Positions 21,505-31,984 of a stretch of 64,000 nucleotides of DNA are shown piece after piece. Under the pieces are notes generated by a model. It did no database searches, had not been told where the DNA came from, and was given only the letters and a program-made list of their open reading frames with translations. Origin of the DNA: Chthoniobacterales bacterium. Lineage in GTDB: Bacteria > Verrucomicrobiota > Verrucomicrobiia > Chthoniobacterales > Chthoniobacteraceae. The stretch spans positions 48,681-112,680 of the forward strand of contig JBBQZX010000019.1 of the NCBI GenBank assembly GCA_038207335.1. Direction: 5' to 3'. The translations under genes were made by a program, and so were the position numbers. Every line of letters starts with the position of its first letter. The stretch's first letter is position 1.

Positions 21505-22437
21505 TTAGCTCCCGTTTTCCTCGCGATACCAGTCGTAAGTTTTTGCGATTCCTTCGCGGAGCCCGATGGCCGGAGACCAACCCAACGCCTTGATCTTCGT
21601 AACCTCCAGCAGCTTGCGCGGCGTGCCGTCGGGCTTGGTTTCGTCGAAGATGAGCGCGCCCGAAAATCCGACGATTTCGCAGATCATTTCGGCGAGTTCG
21701 CGGATGGAAATATCCTCGCCGCAGCCGACGTTGACGATCTCGGGAGAGTCGTAGTTTTTCAGCAGAAAAACACACGCACTGGCGAGGTCGTCGGCGTGCA
21801 GGAATTCGCGCCTCGGCGTGCCTGTGCCCCACACGACGACCTCGTGGTCTCCGCGGAGTTTTGCTTCGTGGACTTTGCGCATGAGCGCCGGGAGGACGTG
21901 CGAACTCGCGAGGTCAAAGTTGTCGCCCGGGCCGTAAAGATTCGTCGGCATGGCGGAGATGAAGTCGCGCCCGAACTGCCGCGAATACGACTGGCACAGC
22001 TTGATGCCCGCGATTTTCGCGATTGCATACGCGTCGTTCGTCGGCTCGAGCGCGCCGGTCAGGAGCGAGTCTTCGTGGATCGGCTGCGGCGCGAATTTCG
22101 GATAAATGCATGAGCTGCCGAGGAACAAAAGTTTCTCCGCGCCGTGATCGTGCGCGGCCTCGATCACGTTGTTTTGGATCGCGAGATTTTCGAGCAGGAA
22201 CTCGACCGGAAAATCGCGGTTCGCGGCGATCCCGCCGACCTTCGCCGCCGCGAGCACGACGACCCGCGGATGAGCCTCCGCAAAGAATCCGCGGACGGCG
22301 GTGCGGTCGCGTAGATCGAGTTCGGAGCGCGTGCGGGTGATGAGATTATCGAAGCCGTCCGCAGCCAGCGCGCGCGAGATCGCCGAGCCCGCGAGCCCGC
22401 GGTGACCGGCGATGAAAATGGGGTCGTTTTTTTGCAC
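21505..22437 (-). CDS. fcl: GDP-L-fucose synthase
   Basis: AGHRGLAGSA, AAKVGGI, LGSSCIYP, YAIAK, MPTNLYGP, KPDGTPRK; GTG start. Confidence 0.96.
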   Translation of the reverse strand: MQKNDPIFIAGHRGLAGSAISRALAADGFDNLITRTRSELDLRDRTAVRGFFAEAHPRVVVLAAAKVGGIAANRDFPVEFLLENLAIQNNVIEAAHDHGAEKLLFLGSSCIYPKFAPQPIHEDSLLTGALEPTNDAYAIAKIAGIKLCQSYSRQFGRDFISAMPTNLYGPGDNFDLASSHVLPALMRKVHEAKLRGDHEVVVWGTGTPRREFLHADDLASACVFLLKNYDSPEIVNVGCGEDISIRELAEMICEIVGFSGALIFDETKPDGTPRKLLEVTKIKALGWSPAIGLREGIAKTYDWYREENGS

Positions 22438-22532
22438 GGGCCGGACGGTGCCGCGCAGCGGCGCGATGTGCAAGGCGCGGAGGCATGTGCTCCACCTTCC
22501 CATCCGCCGCGAATTTCGCTCTCATCCACGCC

Positions 22533-23396
22533 ATGCCACGCCTCACCGTCCTCAAGACCTACAAACTCGCCATCGGCGGAAAATTCCCCCGTGGCGAAAG
22601 TGGGCGCGTCCTGCCCGCCAAATCCGCCGACGGCAAGACACACCTCGCGAACTTCTGCGCCGCTTCGCGCAAAGACCTCCGCGACGCCGTCGTCGCCGCG
22701 CGCAAAGCGCAGCCCGGCTGGGCCAAAGCCACCCCGTATCTTCGCGGTCAAATCCTCTACCGCGCCGCCGAGATTGCCGAGCAGCGTAGCGCCGAACTCA
22801 TCCACGAACTCACCCGCGCCGGCACCCGCCACGCCGCCGACGAAGTCGCCCTCGCCATCGACCGCCTCGTCCACTTCGCCGGCTGGACCGACAAATACGC
22901 CCAGCTCTTCAGCAGCGTGAACCCCGTCTCCACGCCGCATTTCAACTTCACCTCGCCCGAGCCCACCGGGGTCGTCGGCATCCTCTGCCCCGACGCGCCC
23001 GCGCTCCTCGGCCTCGTCTCGCTGCTCGCCCCTGCCATCCTCAGCGGCAACACCGCCGTCCTCCTCGCCTCCGAATCCACCCCGCTCGTCGCCGTCACCT
23101 TCGCTGAAATCCTCGCCACCAGCGACCTCCCCGGCGGGGTCGTGAATCTCCTCACCGGCACCCGCGCCGAGCTTGTCCCGCACTTCTCCAGCCACATGGA
23201 CGTCAACGCCCTCATCGACGGCTCCGGCGACCCTGCCATCACCGCCGCCGCGCACGCCGGCAGCGCCATCAATCTCAAGCGCCACGCCGCCCGCGACCTC
23301 GCACCCGCCGACTGGCACACCGACCGCGCGCAAGACCCCTATTGGATCCTCGACACCGTCGAATTCAAAACCGCCTGGCACCCCATCGGCACCTGA
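22533..23396 (+). CDS. Short aldehyde dehydrogenase-family protein (NAD-binding half only)
   Basis: KTYKLAIGGKFPR, RGQILYR, EPTGVVGI, LPGGVVN, KTAWHP; only 287 aa. Confidence 0.85.
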   Translation: MPRLTVLKTYKLAIGGKFPRGESGRVLPAKSADGKTHLANFCAASRKDLRDAVVAARKAQPGWAKATPYLRGQILYRAAEIAEQRSAELIHELTRAGTRHAADEVALAIDRLVHFAGWTDKYAQLFSSVNPVSTPHFNFTSPEPTGVVGILCPDAPALLGLVSLLAPAILSGNTAVLLASESTPLVAVTFAEILATSDLPGGVVNLLTGTRAELVPHFSSHMDVNALIDGSGDPAITAAAHAGSAINLKRHAARDLAPADWHTDRAQDPYWILDTVEFKTAWHPIGT

Positions 23397-23397
23397 C

Positions 23398-24555
23398 GTG
23401 CGCGCACTCCTCATCGTCCTCGATAGCGTCGGCTGCGGTCGCGCCCCCGACGCTGCGGCCTACGGCGACACCGGCGCCGACACCCTCGGTCACCTCTTCA
23501 AAGCCGTCCCCGGCCTCGACCTCCCCACGCTCTTCTCCCTCGGCCTCTGGAAAATCCTCACCGGCGATGTCTTCCATCCCCGCTCACAAAACACGCGCGC
23601 CAGCTACGGCCGCATGCGAGAAAAATCCGCCGGCAAAGACACCACCACGGGCCATTGGGAAATCGCCGGCGTCCTCCTCGAAAAGCCCTTCGCCACCTAC
23701 ACCGCATTCCCCCCCGCGCTCATCGACGCCATCCAGCGCGCCGCCGCCGTCACCTTCATCGGCAACCTCCCCGCCAGCGGCACCGCCATCCTCGAGCGCC
23801 TCGGCCCCGAGCACCTCCGCACCGGCAGCCCCATCCTCTACACCTCCGCCGACTCCGTCCTACAAATCGCCGCCCACGACAGCATCCTCCCCGAGAAAAA
23901 GCTCCACGCCCTCTGCCGCATCGCGCGCCGCCACGCTGACGCCTTCCACATCGGCCGCGTCATCGCCCGTCCCTTCACCGGCGAACCCGGCGCTTTCACC
24001 CGCACCGCCGGCCGCCACGACTACTCCATCGTCCCCCCCCGCACCATCCTCAACGCCATCGCCGACACCGGCCGCCACGTCCACTCCGTCGGCAAAATCC
24101 GCGACATCTTCGCCGGCAGCGGCATCACTCACAGCCACCCCACCGCCTCGAACGCCGAAGGCATGGCCGCCATCGAAAACCTCTGGCGCACTGCCCCCGA
24201 CGACGCCCTCATCTTCGCAAACCTCGTCGATTTCGACACCCTCCACGGCCACCGCCGCGACCCGGCCGGCTACGCCAGCGCCCTCATCGCCTTCGACACC
24301 TGGCTCGCCACCTTCCTGCCGAAAATCGACCCGGGCGACCTCCTCATCATCACCGCCGACCACGGCAACGACCCCACCGCCCCCGGCACCGACCACACCC
24401 GCGAAGAAGTCCCCCTTATCCTCCTCCACGGCGACCAGCGCCGCCCCCTCGGCACCCGCGAAACCTTCGCCGACGTGGCCGCCACCTTCGCCGATTTCTT
24501 CCGTTTAAAATCCCCCTGGCCCCGCGGCAAGACCCTCCTTCGAGCCAAACGCTGA
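23398..24555 (+). CDS. deoB: Phosphopentomutase
   Basis: VLDSVG, GKDTTTGHWE, YTSADSVLQIAAH, RVIARPF, TADHGNDP, TDHTRE. Confidence 0.96.
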   Translation: MRALLIVLDSVGCGRAPDAAAYGDTGADTLGHLFKAVPGLDLPTLFSLGLWKILTGDVFHPRSQNTRASYGRMREKSAGKDTTTGHWEIAGVLLEKPFATYTAFPPALIDAIQRAAAVTFIGNLPASGTAILERLGPEHLRTGSPILYTSADSVLQIAAHDSILPEKKLHALCRIARRHADAFHIGRVIARPFTGEPGAFTRTAGRHDYSIVPPRTILNAIADTGRHVHSVGKIRDIFAGSGITHSHPTASNAEGMAAIENLWRTAPDDALIFANLVDFDTLHGHRRDPAGYASALIAFDTWLATFLPKIDPGDLLIITADHGNDPTAPGTDHTREEVPLILLHGDQRRPLGTRETFADVAATFADFFRLKSPWPRGKTLLRAKR

Positions 24556-24855
24556 CCCGCCCTTCGCCGTGATTCGGGCGCGAATCGCGGAGAGGGGCGC
24601 GCGCATCGGCGGGAGGGGGTTGCGAGGAACGTCATTGCGACATTGATGCGGAGCGCGTCTCGCGAGGCGCGCGCTTTTGCCAATGGCCCACCCGCGTTTC
24701 TGCCAATCGCCTTTGGCAAGGCGCTCGACACCCGCGCATCCTGACTCGGCGAATCGGAGAATCGCGTTTCAAAGTTTCGCCCGCTTGCGTGGTCAAAGAA
24801 ACGTTGCTCTCTTCCCGACCCGCAATTTCGCGCTGCCTCTACCGCCTCTTTTCGC

Positions 24856-27800
24856 ATGAATTTCACGCCACTCCGTCTCGCTGCGATTGCAGCTTTTCTC
24901 TCCACCGCCACCGCCGCGGAGCCGATCAAACACGGCACCGGCGACGCGCCCGCCGCCGCGACGCCGGAGGCGGCGAATGCGATGAAGTCTTTTAAATATG
25001 ACGGCGGGCTGAAGGTGGACCTTTTCGCCGCAGAGCCGCTCCTCGCGAATCCGGTGTGCTTTTCAATCGATGAAAAAGGGCGCTGGTATGTCTCCGAGAG
25101 CTACCGGCAGGAGAAGGGGATCGAGGACAATCGCGGGCACATGGACTGGCTCGCGACGGACATCGCGTCGCGCACGACGGATGACCGGCTGGCGTTGATG
25201 CACAAGTTTTATCCCGACCCGAAAAAGTTCGCGGAGAAGTTCACGCAATTCGAGGAGCGGATCGTGCGGCTGGAGGATACGAATGGCGACGGCGTGGCGG
25301 ATAAGCAGACGATTTACGCCGATGGGTTTCGCGATCCGCTCGACGGCACGGGCGCGGGAATCCTAGCGCGCGGCAACGACGTGTGGTGGACGTGCATTCC
25401 GAATTTGTGGCACTTCCGCGATGCCGACGGGGATGGAAAAGCCGAGCTGAAGGAAAAGCTGCTGAGCGGGTTCGGGGTGAAGTTTGCATTCCGCGGGCAC
25501 GACATGCACGGGCTGCGGTTTGGGCCGGATGGGCGGCTGTATTTCTCGATCGGGGATCGCGCGATCCATGTGCAGACGAAGGAGGGGACGACGGTCGCGG
25601 AGCCGGACACCGGCTCGATCATGCGGTGCAATGCGGATGGAACGAACTTCGAGGTGTTCGCGACGGGCGTGCGCAATCCGCAGGAGCTGGCCTTTGACGA
25701 GCTGGGCAATCTTTTCACCGGCGACAACAACTCGGACGCGGGGGACAAGGCGCGCTTTTTGCAATTGGTCGAGGGCGGCGATTACGGCTGGCGGATGGCG
25801 TTCCAGTATCTGCCGGATCGCGGTCCGTGGAATCGCGAGATGCTGTGGGATGAAGTCAAAGGGCCAGCGGCGAAATACATCGTGCCGCCGGTGGCGAATA
25901 TCGGGAACGGGCCGAGCGGGCTGACGTTCAATCCGGGGACGGGGCTCGGCGAGCGGCATCACGGGCGGTTCTTTTTGTCGGACTTCCGCGGCGGCGCGAG
26001 CGCGAGCGTGGTGCATCAAATCGCGCTGGAGCCGAAGGGCGCGTTTTTCAAGGTGAAGGAGCTGCACGATTTCGTGAAAGGCGTGCTGACGACGGATGTG
26101 GAATTTGGGAACGACGGGTCGCTTTACGTGCTCGATTGGGTGGAAAGCTGGGGCGGGGTGGGGAAGGGGCGCATGTATAAATTCACCGACCCGTCGGCAA
26201 ACACCGCGCTCCAGGCGGAGACGCAAAAGCTGATCGGTGAGGGGATGTCGCAGCGTGGCGATGGCGAACTCGCGGGGCTGCTCGGGCACGCGGATCAGCG
26301 TGTGCGGCAGGCCGCGCAATTCGCGCTCGCGGTGAAAGGGGATGCCGCGGCACCTGTATTCATGCGGGTCGCGGGCGATGTGAAGGCGCCGCCGCTGGCG
26401 CGGATTCACGCGATCTGGGGGCTCGGGCAGGTCGCGGAGAAGAAGGCGGATGCCTTGCAGCCGTTGCTCGCGCTGCTGGCGGATGGCGACGCGGAGGTGC
26501 GCGCGCAGGCGGCGCATGTGCTCTCGGATCGGAAGTTCGCGACGACGGCGGATAAGCTCGTCGCGATGCTGAAAGATGCGTCGGCGCGCCCGCGCTTCTT
26601 CGCGGCGATCGGGCTGGGGAGGCTGGCGTTCAAGCCCGCGGTCGAACCGCTTTTTCAGATGCTCGCGGAGAACAACGACGCCGATCCGGTGCTGCGTCAC
26701 GGCGCGGTGATGGGCCTGAAATCATGCGCGTCCGCGGAGCAGCTCGTAGCGAAGGCGCACGACGGTTCGGTCGCCGTGCGAGTCGGCGCCCTCGTCGCGC
26801 TGCGCCGCCAGCAGAGCCCGGAGGTCGCGGTGTTTTTGAAGGACGCGGATGAATCCGTCGTGCTCGAGGCCGCGCGGGCGATCCACGACGTGCCGATCGA
26901 AGCGGCAATGCCCGCGCTCGCCGCGCTCACGACCGAGAAGCGGATCAAGAATCCGCGGATTTTGGAGCGGGTGGTAAACGCGAATTACCGCATCGGCAAA
27001 GCGGACAAAGCGCGCGCTCTCGCGGCCTACGCGGCGGATGGCTCGGCGCCCGAGGTGGCGCGCAAGGACGCGCTCGACGCGCTCGCAGAATGGGGCGGCC
27101 CGAACCCGCAAGATCGCGTCTTGAACATGTGGCGGCCGATTCCAAATCGCCCGCCGACCGATGCGGTCGCTGCCGTCACGCCAATCCTGCCAGCGCTCTT
27201 GAAAGACGCACCGGGAGGCATCATGGAGATGGCCGCGAAACTCGCGGGCAAGCTCGCCATCGGTGCCGCCGGAGAGCCGCTCGCCGCGCTCGTTTCAAAC
27301 GACAAAGCGCCCGCGCCCGCCCGCATCGCCGCGCTCCAGGCGCTCGCGACTTTGAAAGACAAGCGCCTCGAGGCGGCTGCGAAATCGGCCTTCGCGGCGA
27401 AGGACGCAAAGCTCCGCAGCGAGGCGCTCCAGGCTCTCGCCGCGCAGGAGCCCGGAGCCGCCGTGCAGATGATCGGCGAGGCGATCCAGCGCGGTTCGGT
27501 CGTCGAAAAGCAAGGCGCGCTTGCCGCGCTCTCGCTCATCCAGCGGCCCGAATCCGCGGCGCTGCTTTCGTCGCTGATGGATCAGCTCATTTCCAAGCAA
27601 GGGCCCGCTGAAATCCGGCTCGATATTTACGAGGCCGCGAAGAAGAGCGGCGCCCAGGAGGTGAAAGACAAGATTGCGCAATACAAAGCCTCCCTCCCCG
27701 CAAACGATCCGCTCGCGCCTTACAAAATCTCGCGCGCCGGAGGCGACGCCGCGCGCGGGCTCAAAATCTTCCGCGAAAAGCAGGAGGTGCAGTGCTTCCG

Positions 27801-28170
27801 TTGTCACAAATGCGATGGCGGCGACAGCGTCGTCGGCCCCGACCTCACGCACATCGGCGCGAGCAAGGACCGCAATTACATCCTCGAGTCCATCGTCTTC
27901 CCGAACAAAGTCATCGCGCCCGGCTTCGCCATCGTGAGCCTCACGCTGAAAGACGGCAGCGCCGTCGTCGGCCGCGTGCTTTCGGAAAACGGCTCCGATA
28001 TCAAAGTCGAGACCCTCGACGCCGCAGGCAAACCGCAGCAGGTCACCGTCCCGACCGCGAACATCAAAGAGCGCCTCAGCGCCCCGTCGCCAATGCCGGA
28101 AAACACCCGCGACAACCTCACCCGCAGCGAGCTCCGCGACGTGATCGAATACCTCGCCACCCGCAAGTAA
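24856..28170 (+). CDS. PVC-type heme-binding CxxCH protein (beta-propeller dehydrogenase-like domain, HEAT repeats, cytochrome c)
   Basis: Signal peptide, FAAEPLLANP, DTNGDGVAD, GVRNP, HEAT-like helices, CFRCH...GPDLT...S-x-MP. Confidence 0.9.
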   Translation: MNFTPLRLAAIAAFLSTATAAEPIKHGTGDAPAAATPEAANAMKSFKYDGGLKVDLFAAEPLLANPVCFSIDEKGRWYVSESYRQEKGIEDNRGHMDWLATDIASRTTDDRLALMHKFYPDPKKFAEKFTQFEERIVRLEDTNGDGVADKQTIYADGFRDPLDGTGAGILARGNDVWWTCIPNLWHFRDADGDGKAELKEKLLSGFGVKFAFRGHDMHGLRFGPDGRLYFSIGDRAIHVQTKEGTTVAEPDTGSIMRCNADGTNFEVFATGVRNPQELAFDELGNLFTGDNNSDAGDKARFLQLVEGGDYGWRMAFQYLPDRGPWNREMLWDEVKGPAAKYIVPPVANIGNGPSGLTFNPGTGLGERHHGRFFLSDFRGGASASVVHQIALEPKGAFFKVKELHDFVKGVLTTDVEFGNDGSLYVLDWVESWGGVGKGRMYKFTDPSANTALQAETQKLIGEGMSQRGDGELAGLLGHADQRVRQAAQFALAVKGDAAAPVFMRVAGDVKAPPLARIHAIWGLGQVAEKKADALQPLLALLADGDAEVRAQAAHVLSDRKFATTADKLVAMLKDASARPRFFAAIGLGRLAFKPAVEPLFQMLAENNDADPVLRHGAVMGLKSCASAEQLVAKAHDGSVAVRVGALVALRRQQSPEVAVFLKDADESVVLEAARAIHDVPIEAAMPALAALTTEKRIKNPRILERVVNANYRIGKADKARALAAYAADGSAPEVARKDALDALAEWGGPNPQDRVLNMWRPIPNRPPTDAVAAVTPILPALLKDAPGGIMEMAAKLAGKLAIGAAGEPLAALVSNDKAPAPARIAALQALATLKDKRLEAAAKSAFAAKDAKLRSEALQALAAQEPGAAVQMIGEAIQRGSVVEKQGALAALSLIQRPESAALLSSLMDQLISKQGPAEIRLDIYEAAKKSGAQEVKDKIAQYKASLPANDPLAPYKISRAGGDAARGLKIFREKQEVQCFRCHKCDGGDSVVGPDLTHIGASKDRNYILESIVFPNKVIAPGFAIVSLTLKDGSAVVGRVLSENGSDIKVETLDAAGKPQQVTVPTANIKERLSAPSPMPENTRDNLTRSELRDVIEYLATRK

Positions 28171-28208
28171 CCCCTGCCGGAGCCAGTCCCCGGGTAGCAC
28201 GTACCCCC

Positions 28209-29603
28209 ATGATTCGCATCTTCCTCATCTTCGCTGTTGCTTCGCTCGTCGCCCTGCGGAGCGGTGCGGTTGCTGCCGGGCAGGCGCGGCCGAACATCGC
28301 CGTCTTCCTCGCCGACGACCACAGCATGCTCGACTCCTCCGCCTACGGCTCGTGCGATGTGCGCACGCCGAGCATGGAGCGCATCGCCGCGGCGGGCATG
28401 ACTTTCACCCACGCCTTTGTCGCCAGCCCGAGCTGCGCGCCGAGCCGCGCGTCGCTGCTCACCGGTCTCATGCCCGTGCGCCACGGCGCCGAGCCGAACC
28501 ACGCGAAGCCCCGCGACGAGATTAAGAAGTGGCCCGCGTATTTCCAGGAGCTCGGCTACGAAGTCGTCGCCTTTGGCAAAGTCGGGCACTACGAGCAGAC
28601 GCGGCTCTACGGCTTCGACCACTTCGAGCACATCACCTTCCACGACGACGTCGCCGTGGCCGAGGGCGCCAAGTGGCTGCGCGCGCGCAAAAGCGACAAG
28701 CCCCTCTGCATCTTCTTCGGCACCAACTGGCCGCACGTCCCCTGGCCCGCCACCGGCGAAGGCTACACCGCCGATGCCGTCCACCTGCCCCCCACACTGC
28801 CCGACACCCCCGCCATGCGCGCCGCGATGGCCACCTACTACGCCGCCGTCGCCCGCATGGACGCCGACCTCGGCCTCGCCCTCGATGCCATCCGCGATGC
28901 ACTCGGCCAGGAGACACTCATCGTCGCCACTGCCGACCACGGCACCCAGCTCCCCTTTGGAAAATGGAACCTCTACGACGCCGGCACCCGAGTCCCACTC
29001 ATCGCCTCGTGGCCGGGGAAAATCGCACCCGCCTCGCACACCGACGCCATGGTGAGCTGGATCGATCTCCTTCCCACCCTCCTCGAGCTCGCGGGCGGCA
29101 CCCCCCCGGCCGGCATCGACGGCCAATCCTTTGCCGGCGTCCTCCGCGGCGAAAAGACCACCCACCGCGAGCGCATCTTCACCACCCACAGCGGCGATGG
29201 GAAAAACAACAACGTCTATCCCATGCGCAGCGTCCGCACCGCCGACTGGAAATACATCCGCAACCTCCACCCCGAATACTACTACTTCACCCACCTCGAC
29301 TGGTCCCAGAAGCGCAACGACTACTTCGAGAGCTGGAAGACCCTTGCCACCACCGACGCCCACGCCGCCGCGCTCCTCTCCCGCTACCACCAGCGCCCCG
29401 TCGAGGAGCTTTACGACCTCCGCGCCGACCCCCTCGAGCAGCAGAACCTCTCCGCCGACCCCGCCCAAGCCGGGCGCCTCACCGCGCTCCGTGCCGAAGT
29501 GAACGCCTGGATGAAGGCCAACGGCGATACCGGGAAAACCTACGGCAACCCGCGCCTGCTCACCGACCCGGATCGCGACGCCTCCCCCAAGGCGGAGAAA
29601 TAG
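28209..29603 (+). CDS. Sulfatase
   Basis: PNIAVFLADD, CAPSR (CxPxR), ADHG, ELYDLRADP. Confidence 0.93.
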   Translation: MIRIFLIFAVASLVALRSGAVAAGQARPNIAVFLADDHSMLDSSAYGSCDVRTPSMERIAAAGMTFTHAFVASPSCAPSRASLLTGLMPVRHGAEPNHAKPRDEIKKWPAYFQELGYEVVAFGKVGHYEQTRLYGFDHFEHITFHDDVAVAEGAKWLRARKSDKPLCIFFGTNWPHVPWPATGEGYTADAVHLPPTLPDTPAMRAAMATYYAAVARMDADLGLALDAIRDALGQETLIVATADHGTQLPFGKWNLYDAGTRVPLIASWPGKIAPASHTDAMVSWIDLLPTLLELAGGTPPAGIDGQSFAGVLRGEKTTHRERIFTTHSGDGKNNNVYPMRSVRTADWKYIRNLHPEYYYFTHLDWSQKRNDYFESWKTLATTDAHAAALLSRYHQRPVEELYDLRADPLEQQNLSADPAQAGRLTALRAEVNAWMKANGDTGKTYGNPRLLTDPDRDASPKAEK

Positions 29604-29671
29604 CGGCGCACGCAGCTGCCATTACGCACGGAGTGGCTCGCAGCAGCGCAGGGTTTAGGCAGCGCCCGTAG

Positions 29672-30370
29672 TTATTTCGCGGGCGCCTCTTTGAGGAACT
29701 CTACGTTGCCGGTATCGAGGTCGTAGTGCGCGGCCACCACGGAGACGGTGCCCTTTTCGACCATCTCCTTGAGAATGGGCGCGGACTCCCGCAGTTCTTT
29801 GGCGACGTTCACTTCGTTCGACTTGGCGGTGGCTTCCGCGTCCTCGCCGGCAGTGGCCTCCACCGCGGGCGCGATCGCCTTGACCAGCGATTGGATGTGC
29901 CCCTGGGCCTCCGCCTTGGCGGCGATCGTGTCCCTTGCCGCCTTGACCGCGCCACACCGCTCGTGGCCGAGCACCACGATCAGCTGCGTTCCCAGATGGT
30001 CCACCGCATACTCGATGCTGCGCAGCGTCTCGTCACTGAGGACATTGCCCGCGACGCGAACCACGAAGAGGTCGCCCAAGCCCTGATCGAAAACCACTTC
30101 AGGTGCAGTGCGCGAATCAGAGCAGGCGAGGACAACGGCAAACGGGTGCTGGCTGGTTGCCAATTCCGCGCGACGTTCCCCCGTCTGGCGCGGGTGCTGA
30201 AGCTTGTTGCCGATGAACCGCTGATTGCCGGCTTTGAGGCGTGTGAGGGCTTCGGCCGGTGCGACTTTCGGGGAAGCGTCGGCGTGATCTGGCTCCTTGG
30301 CGGTGAGTGCAGGTGGGAGGCATAGCAGGGCAGCGACGGTGCCACTTAGGATGTAGGACTGGTAGTTCAT
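29672..30370 (-). CDS. Beta-class carbonic anhydrase, exported
   Basis: CSDSR, GDLFVVRVAGN, GHERCGA; signal peptide. Confidence 0.95.
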   Translation of the reverse strand: MNYQSYILSGTVAALLCLPPALTAKEPDHADASPKVAPAEALTRLKAGNQRFIGNKLQHPRQTGERRAELATSQHPFAVVLACSDSRTAPEVVFDQGLGDLFVVRVAGNVLSDETLRSIEYAVDHLGTQLIVVLGHERCGAVKAARDTIAAKAEAQGHIQSLVKAIAPAVEATAGEDAEATAKSNEVNVAKELRESAPILKEMVEKGTVSVVAAHYDLDTGNVEFLKEAPAK

Positions 30371-30545
30371 GGGTGTGTGTGGTGGCTTGGATGGATGGCG
30401 GAGGAAGAAAGATAGCGTATAGCGGGCTGGCGGGGAGTTGGTAAGCGGAGTCTGGGAAAGGAGGAGAGGTAAGGCAATCGGTGTTTAATGGAAATTGTGT
30501 TCAGGATGAATGAAGCATCGCCGGGGCGGGCAACGGGTGCGGCGT

Positions 30546-30584
30546 TGAGTGGCGGAGGTGCGAGTGCTGAGTGGCGGAGGTGCG
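30546..30584. repeat. 17-bp direct repeat (tgagtggcggaggtgcg x2, period 22)
   Basis: Exact copies at 30546-30562 and 30568-30584, upstream of the carbonic anhydrase gene. Confidence 0.6.
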
Positions 30585-30919
30585 GGCCACGGGTAGCGAT
30601 GGTGCGGTTGGTGGGTAGGAGGGTGGGTTCTTATAAGGGCCGATCTTGCCGGGATGTATGCTCAGGATTGCCGCTGATGCGATCTTTTACCTATACGATC
30701 GTCCCGAATACCATGGGCTGACGCCTTTCCGGATAGTGCGCCGATTATCGCGGGTAATAGGGCAGGTCGCCTGGATGGCGGTCGTCGCGGCTTTCTCACT
30801 GCCGGACCGGGGCGGCCAGGATGGCCGCCATACAACCGCTGATCGCGGGAGGCGGGGTGGTGGGGCAGGGGGCTATGACTGGGGGCCGCGCCGATATGCG
30901 CGGGCTTTGGCGGGCCGGG

Positions 30920-31975
30920 CTAGAGGAGGGGCTCGGCAGCTGCTAGGGCTTTGAGATAGACGCGGTGCTGGCCGCCGCCGCCGATTTCCTCGAGGAGGAG
31001 GGAGGAGGTGGAGTTGCTGCCGGCGGGGAGGAGGTGGTGGTAGGTGCGGTCGCCGGGGAGGCGGACTTCGACGCGGAAGAAGTCGCCGGCGGCATCGCGC
31101 TGCATCTGGACGCCGCCACGGTCGGAGGCGAGTTCGCAGCGGCTGATGGAGCGGCCGGCTTCGAGTTTGATGGCGATGCGTGTGTCGCCGCCGACGGCAT
31201 TTTGGAAGATGAAGCCGGTGCCGTCGGCGCGTGTGAATTCGAGCCCGAGCTGCGCGGCGAACCAGCCGGTGAGGAGGATGGCGGTGGAGCGATACTCGGG
31301 GGCGTGGGCGATGGTGATGGTCTGGAGATTGGCGAGGACGTCGAGGTTCTCGGGGTGGTCGAACATTTGCGCGAGGGCCTGGCGCAGGTGGAGGGAGCGG
31401 GTCCAGTTCAGGTCGCAGAGGGTGAGGCGGGAGTTGGCGTGGGTGAGGGAGTCTTTGAGCCGGGTGAATTGGGGGCGGGGGCTCGTCCACGCCTGGCTGT
31501 CGAAGATGAGGCGATCGACGCGGGCCCAGAGTTCTTCGTCGATGGGGTCGGGGAATACGCCCTGCCACCAAAGGTGGAGGGGGAGGTCGGAGTCGAGGTT
31601 CGAGAAGACGATGTTGGCGATGCGGTTCTGGGTGTCGCCTTCGAAGAGGAAGGAGATTTGCTCGCAGCAGATTTGCTTGGCGCCGGCGCGGCTGAGGTGG
31701 CAGTGGGCGTTGATCCAGGCGCGGACACGGGCCTCGGGCGCGGTGGGCTCGCAGCAGATGAGGATGGCGCGGCAGGCGTGCTCGCGGGTGAGCTCCATGA
31801 TGAGCTCGGTGTTCGCGCTCATGGTGCCGGAGCCTTCGCAATGGACGGCGAAATTGATGAGGGAGGCGCGGGTGGTGGCGCCGGCGTCGCGGTCCCAGAG
31901 TTTCTTGAGGTCGCGTCCGATTTGCCCGAGTTCGACGGGCATCCCGAGCGCTGAGGTGTCGAGGGAGTCAGGCAT
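30920..31975 (-). CDS. opcA: Glucose-6-phosphate dehydrogenase assembly protein OpcA
   Basis: Directly downstream of zwf; RASLIN, HACRAI, CEQI, DLPxxLWW, DLNWTR. Confidence 0.88.
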   Translation of the reverse strand: MPDSLDTSALGMPVELGQIGRDLKKLWDRDAGATTRASLINFAVHCEGSGTMSANTELIMELTREHACRAILICCEPTAPEARVRAWINAHCHLSRAGAKQICCEQISFLFEGDTQNRIANIVFSNLDSDLPLHLWWQGVFPDPIDEELWARVDRLIFDSQAWTSPRPQFTRLKDSLTHANSRLTLCDLNWTRSLHLRQALAQMFDHPENLDVLANLQTITIAHAPEYRSTAILLTGWFAAQLGLEFTRADGTGFIFQNAVGGDTRIAIKLEAGRSISRCELASDRGGVQMQRDAAGDFFRVEVRLPGDRTYHHLLPAGSNSTSSLLLEEIGGGGQHRVYLKALAAAEPLL

Positions 31976-31984
31976 CGCGGCTCC

